64,000 nt of DNA, from assembly GCA_964406665.1 (NCBI GenBank), contig CAYOSQ010000001.1, positions 135,412 to 199,411 of the forward strand, in the 5' to 3' direction. This document shows positions 48,568 through 57,940 of this stretch, piece by piece (position 1 is the stretch's first letter; each line of letters opens with the position of its first letter). The position numbers were made by a program, and so were the translations under genes. A model generated the notes under the pieces. The model did not search any database. It was not told the origin of the DNA and saw only the letters and a program-made list of their open reading frames with translations. The stretch comes from an uncultured Planctomycetia bacterium (GTDB taxonomy: Bacteria; Omnitrophota; Gorgyraeia; VGKH01; JBHPFN01).

Positions 48568-49578
48568 ATGATTATTAGCAGAACACCATTTCGCATTTCG
48601 TTTTTTGGCGGAGGAACAGATTATCCCGGTTGGTATAAAGATCATCCCGGAGCAGTGCTTGCAGCAAGTATTGATAAATACTGTTATATAAGCTGTCGAA
48701 TGCTGCCGCCATTTTTCAAATACAAATATCGTATTGTTTACACCAACAGAGAAGAAGTTAATAAGATATCTGAAATCGATCATCCTTCTGTTCGAGAAAC
48801 ACTTAAGTTCCTCAATGAAAAGAGAGGATTACATATTCATCATGATGCAGATTTACCTGCACGTACAGGGCTTGGTTCAAGTTCAACCTTTACTGTCGGT
48901 CTTCTGCATACGCTGTATGCTTTGCGAGGTAAAATTGTTTCCAAAAAACAACTGGCTTTAGAAGCAATTAATATAGAACAGAATTTGATTAAAGAACACG
49001 TTGGTTCGCAAGATCAGACAATCGCTGCTTTTGGCGGGTTTAACAAGATTGAGTTTCGACCGGAAAATATTGAAGTTCATCCTATAACAATAAATCCTGA
49101 TAAGATAGATAATTTTTCCCGTCACATTATGATGTATTTTACAGGTTTTTCCAGGATTGCCTCAGAAGTTGCGCGTCATCAGATTGAAGCTATCCCGCGC
49201 AGAAAAAAAGAGTTGCATGAAATGTATCAATTCGTGGGAGAGGCAGTTAAAATACTTAACAACAAAAGACCTTCGTTTATAGATTTTGGTAAGCTTCTAC
49301 ATGAAAATTGGAAGATTAAAAAAAGTTTAACCGGAAGAATATCTACATCATATATTGACAACATATATGAAACTGCGCGCAGAGCCGGTGCCACAGGAGG
49401 AAAGTTATTAGGTGCAGGTGGAGGTGGGTTTATGATTTTCTTTGTAAAGCCTTCTAGGCAGCCGAAAGTAAGAGAGGCATTGAAAAAATTACTCTATGTG
49501 CCGGTTAAGTTTGAATCTTTGGGAAGCCAGATAGTTTACTTCCGCCCCTACTACAATTTTGACCAGAATGGAAAATGA
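48568..49578 (+). CDS. hddA: GHMP kinase, D-glycero-alpha-D-manno-heptose-7-phosphate kinase-like
   Basis: PFRISFFGGGTD, GLGSSS, GSQDQ, GGKLLGAGGGG. Confidence 0.85.
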   Translation: MIISRTPFRISFFGGGTDYPGWYKDHPGAVLAASIDKYCYISCRMLPPFFKYKYRIVYTNREEVNKISEIDHPSVRETLKFLNEKRGLHIHHDADLPARTGLGSSSTFTVGLLHTLYALRGKIVSKKQLALEAINIEQNLIKEHVGSQDQTIAAFGGFNKIEFRPENIEVHPITINPDKIDNFSRHIMMYFTGFSRIASEVARHQIEAIPRRKKELHEMYQFVGEAVKILNNKRPSFIDFGKLLHENWKIKKSLTGRISTSYIDNIYETARRAGATGGKLLGAGGGGFMIFFVKPSRQPKVREALKKLLYVPVKFESLGSQIVYFRPYYNFDQNGK

Positions 49579-50288
49579 GTAATAAGCTTGCAGAAATAGA
49601 CAGCATAATTTTATGTGGTGGTTTAGGTAAACGATTAGAAAGTATTGCTGGTAGTAAGCCAAAAGCAATGCTTGAGATAAATCAAAAACCCTTCCTGGAT
49701 ATTCTTATTGAGTTTTTGATTAAATCCGGATGCAAAAGAACAATTTTGTGTATCGGACATCTAGGTGAAACAATTAAATCATATTATGGTCAGAGACAAT
49801 TGTCGATTGAAATTATTTTTTCAGAAGAAAAAGAACCATTGGGTACTGGTGGAGCAATAAAAAATGCAAAAGAGCTTATTAAAAGCGATACATTTCTTGC
49901 AATGAACGGAGATAGTTTTTGTAATGTAGGGCTGGATAAGTTTTTTGATTTTCACATTGAGAAAAATGCTTTATTGTCTTTGGTTTTGGCAAAATCAGAT
50001 AGTGTGAGCGATTATGCTAAAGTTGAGTTAGAAGATAGCGGAAGAATTACAAGTTTTCAGGAGAAGCCAGATATTTCCGGTGTAGCTTTAATTAATGCTG
50101 GAATTTATCTTATGAAAAGAGAAATTTTTTCTCATATGCCTGAAAACAATTCTTTTTCACTTGAGAAAGATGTATTTCCACAAGTACTTAATTTAGAATG
50201 CCATGGTTTCTTAAGTAGTTCACCTTGTATAGATATTGGCACACCCCAGAGATATGAAAATGCAAAGAAGGTTTTAACAAAAAGATAA
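49575..50288 (+). CDS. Sugar-1-phosphate nucleotidyltransferase (HddC-like)
   Basis: LCGGLGKRL, PKAM, EPLGTGGA, NGDS, DIGTP. Confidence 0.88.
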   Translation: MSNKLAEIDSIILCGGLGKRLESIAGSKPKAMLEINQKPFLDILIEFLIKSGCKRTILCIGHLGETIKSYYGQRQLSIEIIFSEEKEPLGTGGAIKNAKELIKSDTFLAMNGDSFCNVGLDKFFDFHIEKNALLSLVLAKSDSVSDYAKVELEDSGRITSFQEKPDISGVALINAGIYLMKREIFSHMPENNSFSLEKDVFPQVLNLECHGFLSSSPCIDIGTPQRYENAKKVLTKR

Positions 50289-50290
50289 TT

Positions 50291-50992
50291 ATGACAGTTA
50301 CACTTATAATGCTTTGTTTAAATGAGTTGGAGTGCCTAAAGGTAATACTGCCACGCATAAACAAAGAATGGGTAGATGAAATTATTATTGTTGACGGACA
50401 TTCTACCGACGGAAGTATCGAATATGCTAAAGAACTAGGCTTTGATATTTTATTGCAGAAGGATAAAGGGGTTATTGCAGGTTATCAGGAAGGATTAGAG
50501 GCTGCCAAAGGAGATGTGATTATTACATTTACACCTGATGGAAATATGATACCGGAAAAAATTCCTGAACTGGCAGATAAGATGAAGCAAGGTTATGACA
50601 TGGTCACAGTTTCACGCTATGCTCAAGGAGCAAAGAGTTACGATGATACTTTAATATCTGGTTTTGGAAACTGGATGTTTACAAAATTAGTGAATATATT
50701 GTTTCGTGCTAAATATACTGATGTTTTAGGTTTTTACCGTGCGTTTAAAAAGGATATTTTTAAAAGACTGGATCTTGAAGGTGCTATAAGGATTAGCGTT
50801 GACACACAGCTATGTATTAGATGTGCTAAGAGAGGATTAAAGGTTGCAGATATACCAGGAGATGAACCCATAAGAATTAGTGGCGGAAGTTATAGGAGTA
50901 TTATTAAAAATGGCATTTTAGAATTGTTTACAATAATTGAGGAATTTTTTCTTATATTTGTTAGGCCTTTTAAGAAAGAAAAATTGTCATGA
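50291..50992 (+). CDS. GT2 glycosyltransferase (polyprenyl-phosphate sugar synthase-like)
   Basis: NE, IIVDGHSTDGS, TPDG, SRY, EPIR. Confidence 0.85.
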   Translation: MTVTLIMLCLNELECLKVILPRINKEWVDEIIIVDGHSTDGSIEYAKELGFDILLQKDKGVIAGYQEGLEAAKGDVIITFTPDGNMIPEKIPELADKMKQGYDMVTVSRYAQGAKSYDDTLISGFGNWMFTKLVNILFRAKYTDVLGFYRAFKKDIFKRLDLEGAIRISVDTQLCIRCAKRGLKVADIPGDEPIRISGGSYRSIIKNGILELFTIIEEFFLIFVRPFKKEKLS

Positions 50993-51981
50993 AGATATTG
51001 ATTACCGGAATAACTGGTTTTGTAGGAAGTCATTTAGCGGAACATATACTTTCTCTAAAGCAGCGCCATAAGATTTTTGGTTTATGTCGCTGGAGAAGCC
51101 CGCGGAATAATTTATCAGAGGTTTTCGATAAGATCTCTTTGCTTGAAGCGGATCTCGGTGATGTTAGCTCTTTATCCAGACTGCTTAAAGAAAACAAGCC
51201 TGATGTTATTTTTCATCTGGCAGCTCAGAGCTACGTGCTTACAAGTTTTAATTCCCCCATTCAGACTTTGTGGACAAATGTTATTGGAACCGCTAATCTT
51301 CTTGAGGCAATAAGATTGACGGCAATTGATCCGGTTGTACATGTTTGTTCTTCCTCGGAAGTCTACGGACAAGCTCAGAAAGAAGATGTACCCATTAAAG
51401 AAACATGTTCGCTTCGTCCTGCCTCGCCGTATGCAGTAAGCAAGGTTGGCGAAGATATGGTAGCCTATCAATATTGGATTTCTCATAAAATCAAAACTAT
51501 ACGTACAAGAATGTTTACTCATACAGGTCCTAGAAGAGGGGATGTATTTGCTTTATCATTTTTTGCCAAGCAAGTTGCAGCTGCAGAATTAAATTTATGT
51601 AAACCAATTATCCGTGTAGGAAACTTAAAATCAGTACGCACTGTCTGTGATGTTCGCGATGCTGTCAGGGCATACTGGATTATGGTTAATAAATGTAAGC
51701 CCGGAGAAGTTTATAATATTGGCGGAAACCGTACGTTGACCGTGGGAGAGGCGCTAGATATTCTATTGTCTTTTTCACAAAAAAAGTGTGAAGTTAAGGT
51801 GGATCCAGAGTTATTGCGTCCTTCAGATATAACGTTGCAGATTCCCTGCATTGATAAATTCAAAGATGAAACTGGCTGGGAACCAGAAATCCCGTTAGAG
51901 AAAACTTTAGAAGATATGCTTAATTACTGGCGCGAGGAACTTAAGAAAAATCCCTGGCAAAGCAAAACCGTAGTTCGATAA
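50989..51981 (+). CDS. GDP-sugar 4,6-dehydratase (Gmd/DmhA-like)
   Basis: GITGFVG, HLAAQS, SSSEVYG, PYAVSK, LRPSD. Confidence 0.88.
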   Translation: MKILITGITGFVGSHLAEHILSLKQRHKIFGLCRWRSPRNNLSEVFDKISLLEADLGDVSSLSRLLKENKPDVIFHLAAQSYVLTSFNSPIQTLWTNVIGTANLLEAIRLTAIDPVVHVCSSSEVYGQAQKEDVPIKETCSLRPASPYAVSKVGEDMVAYQYWISHKIKTIRTRMFTHTGPRRGDVFALSFFAKQVAAAELNLCKPIIRVGNLKSVRTVCDVRDAVRAYWIMVNKCKPGEVYNIGGNRTLTVGEALDILLSFSQKKCEVKVDPELLRPSDITLQIPCIDKFKDETGWEPEIPLEKTLEDMLNYWREELKKNPWQSKTVVR

Positions 51982-51992
51982 ATTATAAATAT

Positions 51993-52946
51993 ATGAACAA
52001 GCTAATTTTAGATCTTTACAAAAAACTATACCTAATAAGAAAAAGTGAAGAAAAGATCATTAAACATTATTGTGAAGATGAGATGAAAACTCCTATGCAT
52101 ATGTCTATGGGAGGTGAGGCTATTGCAACAGGCGTTTGTCATGCGTTAAGAGAAAAAGATCAGGTTTATGGAACTTATAGGTCGCACGGAATATATTTAT
52201 CTAAGACAGAAGATGTAGATAGTTTTTTTGCTGAGATGTACGGGAAAGAGACGTCTTTATTAAAGGGAAGGGGCGGATCGATGCATTTGTTTGCTCCTGA
52301 TTGTGGATTTATGGGAACCTCTGCGATAGTAGGTAGTGCGATTCCTGTTGCTGTGGGAGCTGCTTTTGCAAATAAGGTAGCAGGTAATGATAAGGTTGTT
52401 GTTGTGTTCTTCGGTGATGGCGCTGTTGATGAAGGTGGTTTTTGGGAAAGTTTAAATATCGCCTGTCTTATGAAGTTGCCAATTATATTTATTTGTGAGG
52501 ATAATGGATTGGCAGTTCATACTACTACTTCAACAAGGCAAGGTTTTAAATCCATTACCGAAGTTGTTTCAAAATTTAATTGCAATGTGTTTAAAGATAA
52601 AACTACTGATGCGCAGATTATTCATAAATTAACCCGCGATGCAATTAAGGCACTTAAGTCAACGCAGATGCCTTGTTTTATTCATTTGAAATACTACAGG
52701 TATTTAGAACATGTGGGGGTTAACGAAGATTTTGATGCTGGTTATCGTTCGAAAACTGAATTTAGAAAATGGCAGAAAGATGATCCGGTTAAGTTGCAGA
52801 GGAATAAGTTGATGGAATCTGGTTGCAGTGAAGCTAAAATCAAAAAAGTAGAATTTGATATAAGCGATCGAATCAATAATAGTGTGGTCAAAGCCAAAAA
52901 AGCCAGCTTTGTCCAAAAGTCTGAACTTTACAGGGAAGTTTGTTAA
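51993..52946 (+). CDS. ThDP-dependent dehydrogenase E1 alpha-like subunit
   Basis: YRSHG, GGSMH, GDGA...EDN ThDP motif. Confidence 0.9.
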   Translation: MNKLILDLYKKLYLIRKSEEKIIKHYCEDEMKTPMHMSMGGEAIATGVCHALREKDQVYGTYRSHGIYLSKTEDVDSFFAEMYGKETSLLKGRGGSMHLFAPDCGFMGTSAIVGSAIPVAVGAAFANKVAGNDKVVVVFFGDGAVDEGGFWESLNIACLMKLPIIFICEDNGLAVHTTTSTRQGFKSITEVVSKFNCNVFKDKTTDAQIIHKLTRDAIKALKSTQMPCFIHLKYYRYLEHVGVNEDFDAGYRSKTEFRKWQKDDPVKLQRNKLMESGCSEAKIKKVEFDISDRINNSVVKAKKASFVQKSELYREVC

Positions 52947-53986
52947 TGAGAAAAATCAGTTATTGTGAAGCCCTAAGAGAAGCTACTTTTTTAGAGATGG
53001 AAAGGGACCCCAAAATTTTTGTATATGGGATAGGCGTGCCGGATCATAAAGGAGTGTTCGGATCTACTTTTGGTTTACGGGAGAAATTTGGAAAGAGTAG
53101 ATGTTTTGATACTCCGCTTTCTGAAGATTCTATGACAGGTTTTGGTTTGGGTGCTGCAATAAATGGGATGCGGCCGATCCATATTCATATCCGCGTAGAT
53201 TTTTTGCTTTTGGCAATGAATCAAATCGCTAACATGGTGTCATGTTATAGGTATAGTTCAGGTGGCACTTTAAAAGTTCCTATGGTTATAAGAGCTGTAG
53301 TCGGCAGGGGTTGGGGTCAAGGTTGTCAACACAGTAAAAGTATGCACTCAGTCTTCGCTCACATACCAGGATTAAAAGTTATAATGCCCACTACTCCTTA
53401 TGACGCTAAGGGGATGCTTATCTCAGCTATAAGAGACAACAATCCGGTAATCTGCATAGAACATAGATGGCTTTACTGGCAGGAAGATGAAGTTCCTAAG
53501 AAATATTTTACTATACCCATAGGAGAATCAAATGTTTTGCGTAAAGGTAAAGACATAACGGTTGTAGGTACTTCTTGGATGAACGTTGAAGCGCTTCATG
53601 CAGCAAAGATTTTAAAGAAAAGAGGAGTAAGTGTTGAGATAGTTGATGCGAGAACTATTGCACCGCTTAATGACGAAATTATTGTTAGATCAGTGAAAAA
53701 GACCGGCCGTTGCATAGTGGCAGATAATGATTGGCTCAATTGTGGTTTTAGCGCAGAAGTAGCAGCTAGGGTATCGGATAAATGTTTTGGAAAATTGAAA
53801 CATCCTGTTGTAAGAATTGGTTTTGCACAAACACCCTGTCCTACAGCAAGGCATTTAGAGAATGAGTTTTATCCTAATGCAATTAATATTATAAAAGCGA
53901 TTGAAAAGATATTAAAATTAACACCTACTGATTTATCTAAAGAAGAATTCTATAGTCACGAGAAAAAGTTTAAGGGCCCGTTTTAA
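52946..53986 (+). CDS. ThDP-dependent dehydrogenase E1 beta-like subunit
   Basis: DTPLSE, QHS, PGLKV, EH; ATG overlaps the upstream stop codon. Confidence 0.9.
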   Translation: MRKISYCEALREATFLEMERDPKIFVYGIGVPDHKGVFGSTFGLREKFGKSRCFDTPLSEDSMTGFGLGAAINGMRPIHIHIRVDFLLLAMNQIANMVSCYRYSSGGTLKVPMVIRAVVGRGWGQGCQHSKSMHSVFAHIPGLKVIMPTTPYDAKGMLISAIRDNNPVICIEHRWLYWQEDEVPKKYFTIPIGESNVLRKGKDITVVGTSWMNVEALHAAKILKKRGVSVEIVDARTIAPLNDEIIVRSVKKTGRCIVADNDWLNCGFSAEVAARVSDKCFGKLKHPVVRIGFAQTPCPTARHLENEFYPNAINIIKAIEKILKLTPTDLSKEEFYSHEKKFKGPF

Positions 53987-53988
53987 TA

Positions 53989-54708
53989 ATGTGTTGGTTG
54001 GATAAAACATCAATTGAAACAATTTTGCAATTAAGGGATAAATTTCAGATTTCAACTTTTGTTGAAACAGGGGCTTTTAAAGGAGTAAATGCTAAATTTC
54101 ATGCTCAGAATTTTAAAGAAGTGTTAACCTGTGATATTTCAGATGAATATATTGAGGCAGCTGAAAAAAGAACAGAAGATTGCAAAAATGTAAAAATATC
54201 TAAACAATCTAGCCCTGATTTTCTACGTTCATTCATTGAAAGATATAACAAGGAGAATAGAAAAGATATTGTATTTATTTATCTCGACGCTCATTTTTAT
54301 GACCCCGTACTTCCACCTGAAGAGAAATGGGTTGTTGTAAATGAATTAAAAGCTCTTATTGATTTTAAGAATTGTATAATCTGTGTTCATGATTTTGATT
54401 GTGAAGGATTAGGTCATTGTTGTTATAATGGTCAGCCATTAGGATGGCCGTTAATTAAAGAGCATATAATAAAAGTAAATCCCAGCTTTTACTTTTATAC
54501 AAATACAAGAGAGTTTTGTAACATTTATAATGAAAAAACAATCTCAGATGTTCTCGGAATTACGCTAGATGAGGAAACTCTAAGTAATATCCGATATGCA
54601 CATAGTAATGATGAGAAAACTTATCGCGGAATTTTATATTGTACACCGCAGGAGTTAGATTTAGAGAAATTTAAACTAAAAAAACTCGAGGTTAAAAATG
54701 GAACTTAA
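53989..54708 (+). CDS. Hypothetical protein, SAM-methyltransferase-like
   Basis: FVETGAFKG, YLDAH and VHD spaced like class I methyltransferase motifs. Confidence 0.5.
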   Translation: MCWLDKTSIETILQLRDKFQISTFVETGAFKGVNAKFHAQNFKEVLTCDISDEYIEAAEKRTEDCKNVKISKQSSPDFLRSFIERYNKENRKDIVFIYLDAHFYDPVLPPEEKWVVVNELKALIDFKNCIICVHDFDCEGLGHCCYNGQPLGWPLIKEHIIKVNPSFYFYTNTREFCNIYNEKTISDVLGITLDEETLSNIRYAHSNDEKTYRGILYCTPQELDLEKFKLKKLEVKNGT

Positions 54709-55477
54709 TTTAAAGGGAAAGCATGTTTTAGTAACAGGTGCAAGCCATGGGATTGGAAGAAGTATAGCGATTGCCTTAGCTAGAGAAGGTTGCAATTTAG
54801 CAATCTGTGCACGGAAAAAAGAAGGACTAGATGATACAGCTAAAGAGATAAAATCAGAAGGCGTAGATTGTTTAAATCTTTCTGCGGATGTGTTGATAAA
54901 AAAAGATATTGATAAGGTTATTAAGACAGTAATGAGTTCCTGGGGGCAAGTTAATATTTTAGTAAATAATGTTGGTGGCGGAGGCCGCTGGGGAAAAGAA
55001 ATTTCAGAGGATACAGAAGATAAAGTTTGGGAAGATGTCTACAATAAGAATGCCATGGCAGCGGTTCGTTTTACAAAGGCAGTTTTGCCTTGTATGTTGA
55101 AAGAAAAATGGGGCAGGATAATAACCGTAAGTTCCATTTATGGAAAAGAAGCAGGTGGCAGGCCGTGGTTTAATATGGCTAAGGCAGCAGAGATAAGCTT
55201 GATGAAAACTCTTTCTTTGGATAGAAGATATGCGAGCAAGAACATTACTTTTAATAGTGTGGCTCCCGGTGCGGTTATGATTCCTGATACTGGCTGGGAT
55301 AAAATGCTGAAAGAAAAACCTGAAGAATTTAATGATTTTGTTAAGCAACTTCCTTTGGGGCGCATAGGCACACCTGAGGAAATAGCGAACTTGGTAGTAT
55401 TTTTGTGTTCAGAAAAATCAAGCCTAATAAACGGTGCTTGTATTGCGATCGACGGTGGAGAAAGCAAGAGTTTCTAG
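54698..55477 (+). CDS. Classical SDR oxidoreductase
   Basis: TGASHGIG, NNVG, FNMAK (Phe for Tyr), APG, DGG. Confidence 0.9.
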   Translation: MELNLKGKHVLVTGASHGIGRSIAIALAREGCNLAICARKKEGLDDTAKEIKSEGVDCLNLSADVLIKKDIDKVIKTVMSSWGQVNILVNNVGGGGRWGKEISEDTEDKVWEDVYNKNAMAAVRFTKAVLPCMLKEKWGRIITVSSIYGKEAGGRPWFNMAKAAEISLMKTLSLDRRYASKNITFNSVAPGAVMIPDTGWDKMLKEKPEEFNDFVKQLPLGRIGTPEEIANLVVFLCSEKSSLINGACIAIDGGESKSF

Positions 55478-55482
55478 AAGAT

Positions 55483-56481
55483 ATGATAAAACAAGAGATT
55501 TTAAAGAAGTTTAAGAAAAAAAATGTATTGGTTACGGGTGGCACTGGTTTAATAGGAAGACAGGTAGTGGATATTTTGTATAATGCCGGTGCTTTTGCAA
55601 AAATAGTTTCTCTAGATGAAATAAAAGTTAATGATAAAGTTGAGCATGTGGTAGGTGATCTATCCAGCTTTGAGTTTTGCAAAGAAATTACAAAAGGCAT
55701 GGATTATGTTTTTCATGTTGCAGGAGTAAAAGGCTCAATCGTAGTTACCAAAGAAAAACCTGCAAGCTTCTTTGTGCCGCTTTTAATGATGAATACAAAT
55801 ATACTCGAGGCCTGTAGGCTTAATAATATTTCTAAAATGGTGTATACCAGTTCTATAGGCGCTTATGCTAGTGCTGAAGTTTTTAAGGAAGATGAAAATC
55901 TAGATGGCCCACCTATGGATATGTTTCCTGGTTGGGCAAAGAGAATGGCAGAGCTACAGATTAAGTCTTATAAAATTCAGCATAGTCTTGATAATTTTGC
56001 TGTGGTAAGGCCCTGTAATGTCTATGGACCGGGAGATAATTTTGACCCTAATAATGCGATGGTTATTCCTTCCCTTATGTATCGAATATATAAAAAAGAA
56101 AATCCTGTGGTTGTCTGGGGAGACGGGTCTGCTATTCGAGACTTTGCTTATAGCAGAGATGTCGCAGAAGGGGTAATATTAGCTTTGTATCATGGGACGC
56201 GTTCTGATTTTGTTAATTTAGGAAGTGGTAGGGGTTATTCTATAAAAGAATTAGTTGAAACATTAAATAGCTTTCTTGATTTTCATTATAAGTTTGATAC
56301 AACAAAATCTTCAGGGTTTCCTAAAAGGGTGATGGATATTTCACTGGCTAAAGAAATTATTGATTACAACCCAAGTATTTCGCTTCTAGATGGGCTTAAG
56401 CAAACCTGGGAGTGGTTTATTAATAACGAAAAAGAATATTTAAAGCGGAAGAATTATTTCAAAGAAAATGATACCTCTTAA
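55483..56481 (+). CDS. NAD-dependent epimerase/reductase, GDP-L-fucose synthase-like (second paralog; ATG 55483 preferred)
   Basis: GGTGLIG, NVYGPGDNF, VWGDG, RDF. Confidence 0.85.
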   Translation: MIKQEILKKFKKKNVLVTGGTGLIGRQVVDILYNAGAFAKIVSLDEIKVNDKVEHVVGDLSSFEFCKEITKGMDYVFHVAGVKGSIVVTKEKPASFFVPLLMMNTNILEACRLNNISKMVYTSSIGAYASAEVFKEDENLDGPPMDMFPGWAKRMAELQIKSYKIQHSLDNFAVVRPCNVYGPGDNFDPNNAMVIPSLMYRIYKKENPVVVWGDGSAIRDFAYSRDVAEGVILALYHGTRSDFVNLGSGRGYSIKELVETLNSFLDFHYKFDTTKSSGFPKRVMDISLAKEIIDYNPSISLLDGLKQTWEWFINNEKEYLKRKNYFKENDTS

Positions 56482-56499
56482 AATCTCATTTATAAATTC

Positions 56500-57888
56500 A
56501 TGCCTAAACGTTTCATTTTTACATTAATTTTAATTTTTATTATTTGTGTAGTGCTCGAGGGTGCTTCTAGGTTTGTCGCACGAACGCGCCTTGTGCAACG
56601 TGTGCCTTCGTATCATTCAACTATGATGAACGATCCTATCTTGCATCATAAGTGGGTGCCTTCTTTAAAAAGAACAGATAGTAGCCGTTCAACTCCGTAC
56701 ACTTTAATTACCAATAAACAATCTTGGGTAGAAAAACATGATGTTTCAAAAATTAAACCGAGTAATACATTTCGCATTTTTTATGTTGGAGATTCAACAA
56801 CTCAAGGTGTTGTAGATGCTAAATACAAAATGGTTGAGATTGTTGAGCGGGAACTAAATAGAATTTACGAAGATCAAGATATTAATTTCGAAGTAATTAA
56901 TACTGGATCATCAAGTTATTCTTTTCTGCTTTATTATTTGTTGATAAAAACGCAACTACTGAATTATGATCCAGATTTAATTATGGTAAATATTGATATG
57001 ACAGATGTGGCTAATGATGCTGCTTATAGAAGGCTTATGGTCATGGATAGTTCCGGAGAGGTTGTTGCAATTCCTGCAGAGACTTCACAGAGATATATAT
57101 TGACACCGCAAGGGTATTCTAAGGTTGATTTGCATTTTACTCTGCCGCGAGCACTAGTTAGACATTCAGACTTTTTTTATCTTATTGATCTTTGTATCAG
57201 AAAAATATCTCTTAAGAGAACTAAGCTAGTAGAGCACAAGGAAGCGAATTGGCTTGAGACAACATGGTCGTCGACAATTACCGAGAATGTTACTGAGTCC
57301 ATAAAGGTTTTAGCCTCGACGGTTAAGTTGTTACATTCTTACGATGTGACTATGGCTTTTACCGGAGTTCCGCATTTCCCTCAATATATAGGAATGTGGT
57401 CTGTTAAGCCTCATAATGTTTTAGCAGAATTTTCTCAAAATACAAAAGTTGCTTATCTTAATTCTTATCAGGTGTTAAGGGATGAGATATTCGGTTCAAA
57501 ACTCTCTGATTACTACTGGGATTCTGATGGTACGCACTTTAATCGGGATGGCAACAGGATTTGGGCCAAGGCTCAATTAGATTTTTTACTTAATACAAAT
57601 AATCATTTGATTCCTTTTACTGTTTACAAAAAATCTGAAGTCATAGAAAATTTAAAGAGTTCTAGTAAGTTTTGGAAGCAGATTTCAAATCGACAGACAA
57701 AAAAACACGCGATTGTTTATTTTATTAACAAATACAAACAACAGGGCGTAATTATAAAAAAGTCTGCCAGCCGGTATGTTTTTTTGCTTGATAGTTTATC
57801 TTTGCAAAAACCAGAGCTACTATTAACCCCTTTTGATAAGTTATTGAGTGCACTTGCGCGTGCAGAGGACGATTTTAATAAGAACTGA
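56500..57888 (+). CDS. Membrane-anchored SGNH/GDSL hydrolase-like protein
   Basis: N-terminal TM helix, GDS, ND and DGTHF motifs. Confidence 0.75.
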   Translation: MPKRFIFTLILIFIICVVLEGASRFVARTRLVQRVPSYHSTMMNDPILHHKWVPSLKRTDSSRSTPYTLITNKQSWVEKHDVSKIKPSNTFRIFYVGDSTTQGVVDAKYKMVEIVERELNRIYEDQDINFEVINTGSSSYSFLLYYLLIKTQLLNYDPDLIMVNIDMTDVANDAAYRRLMVMDSSGEVVAIPAETSQRYILTPQGYSKVDLHFTLPRALVRHSDFFYLIDLCIRKISLKRTKLVEHKEANWLETTWSSTITENVTESIKVLASTVKLLHSYDVTMAFTGVPHFPQYIGMWSVKPHNVLAEFSQNTKVAYLNSYQVLRDEIFGSKLSDYYWDSDGTHFNRDGNRIWAKAQLDFLLNTNNHLIPFTVYKKSEVIENLKSSSKFWKQISNRQTKKHAIVYFINKYKQQGVIIKKSASRYVFLLDSLSLQKPELLLTPFDKLLSALARAEDDFNKN

Positions 57889-57909
57889 AATAACTTATAT
57901 TTTTTTGTT

Positions 57910-57940
57910 AAATAGCTCCTAAGATATTTAGGGGCTATTT
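57910..57940. terminator. Hairpin between convergent genes, possible bidirectional terminator
   Basis: AAATAGCTCCTAA/TTAGGGGCTATTT. Confidence 0.6.
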
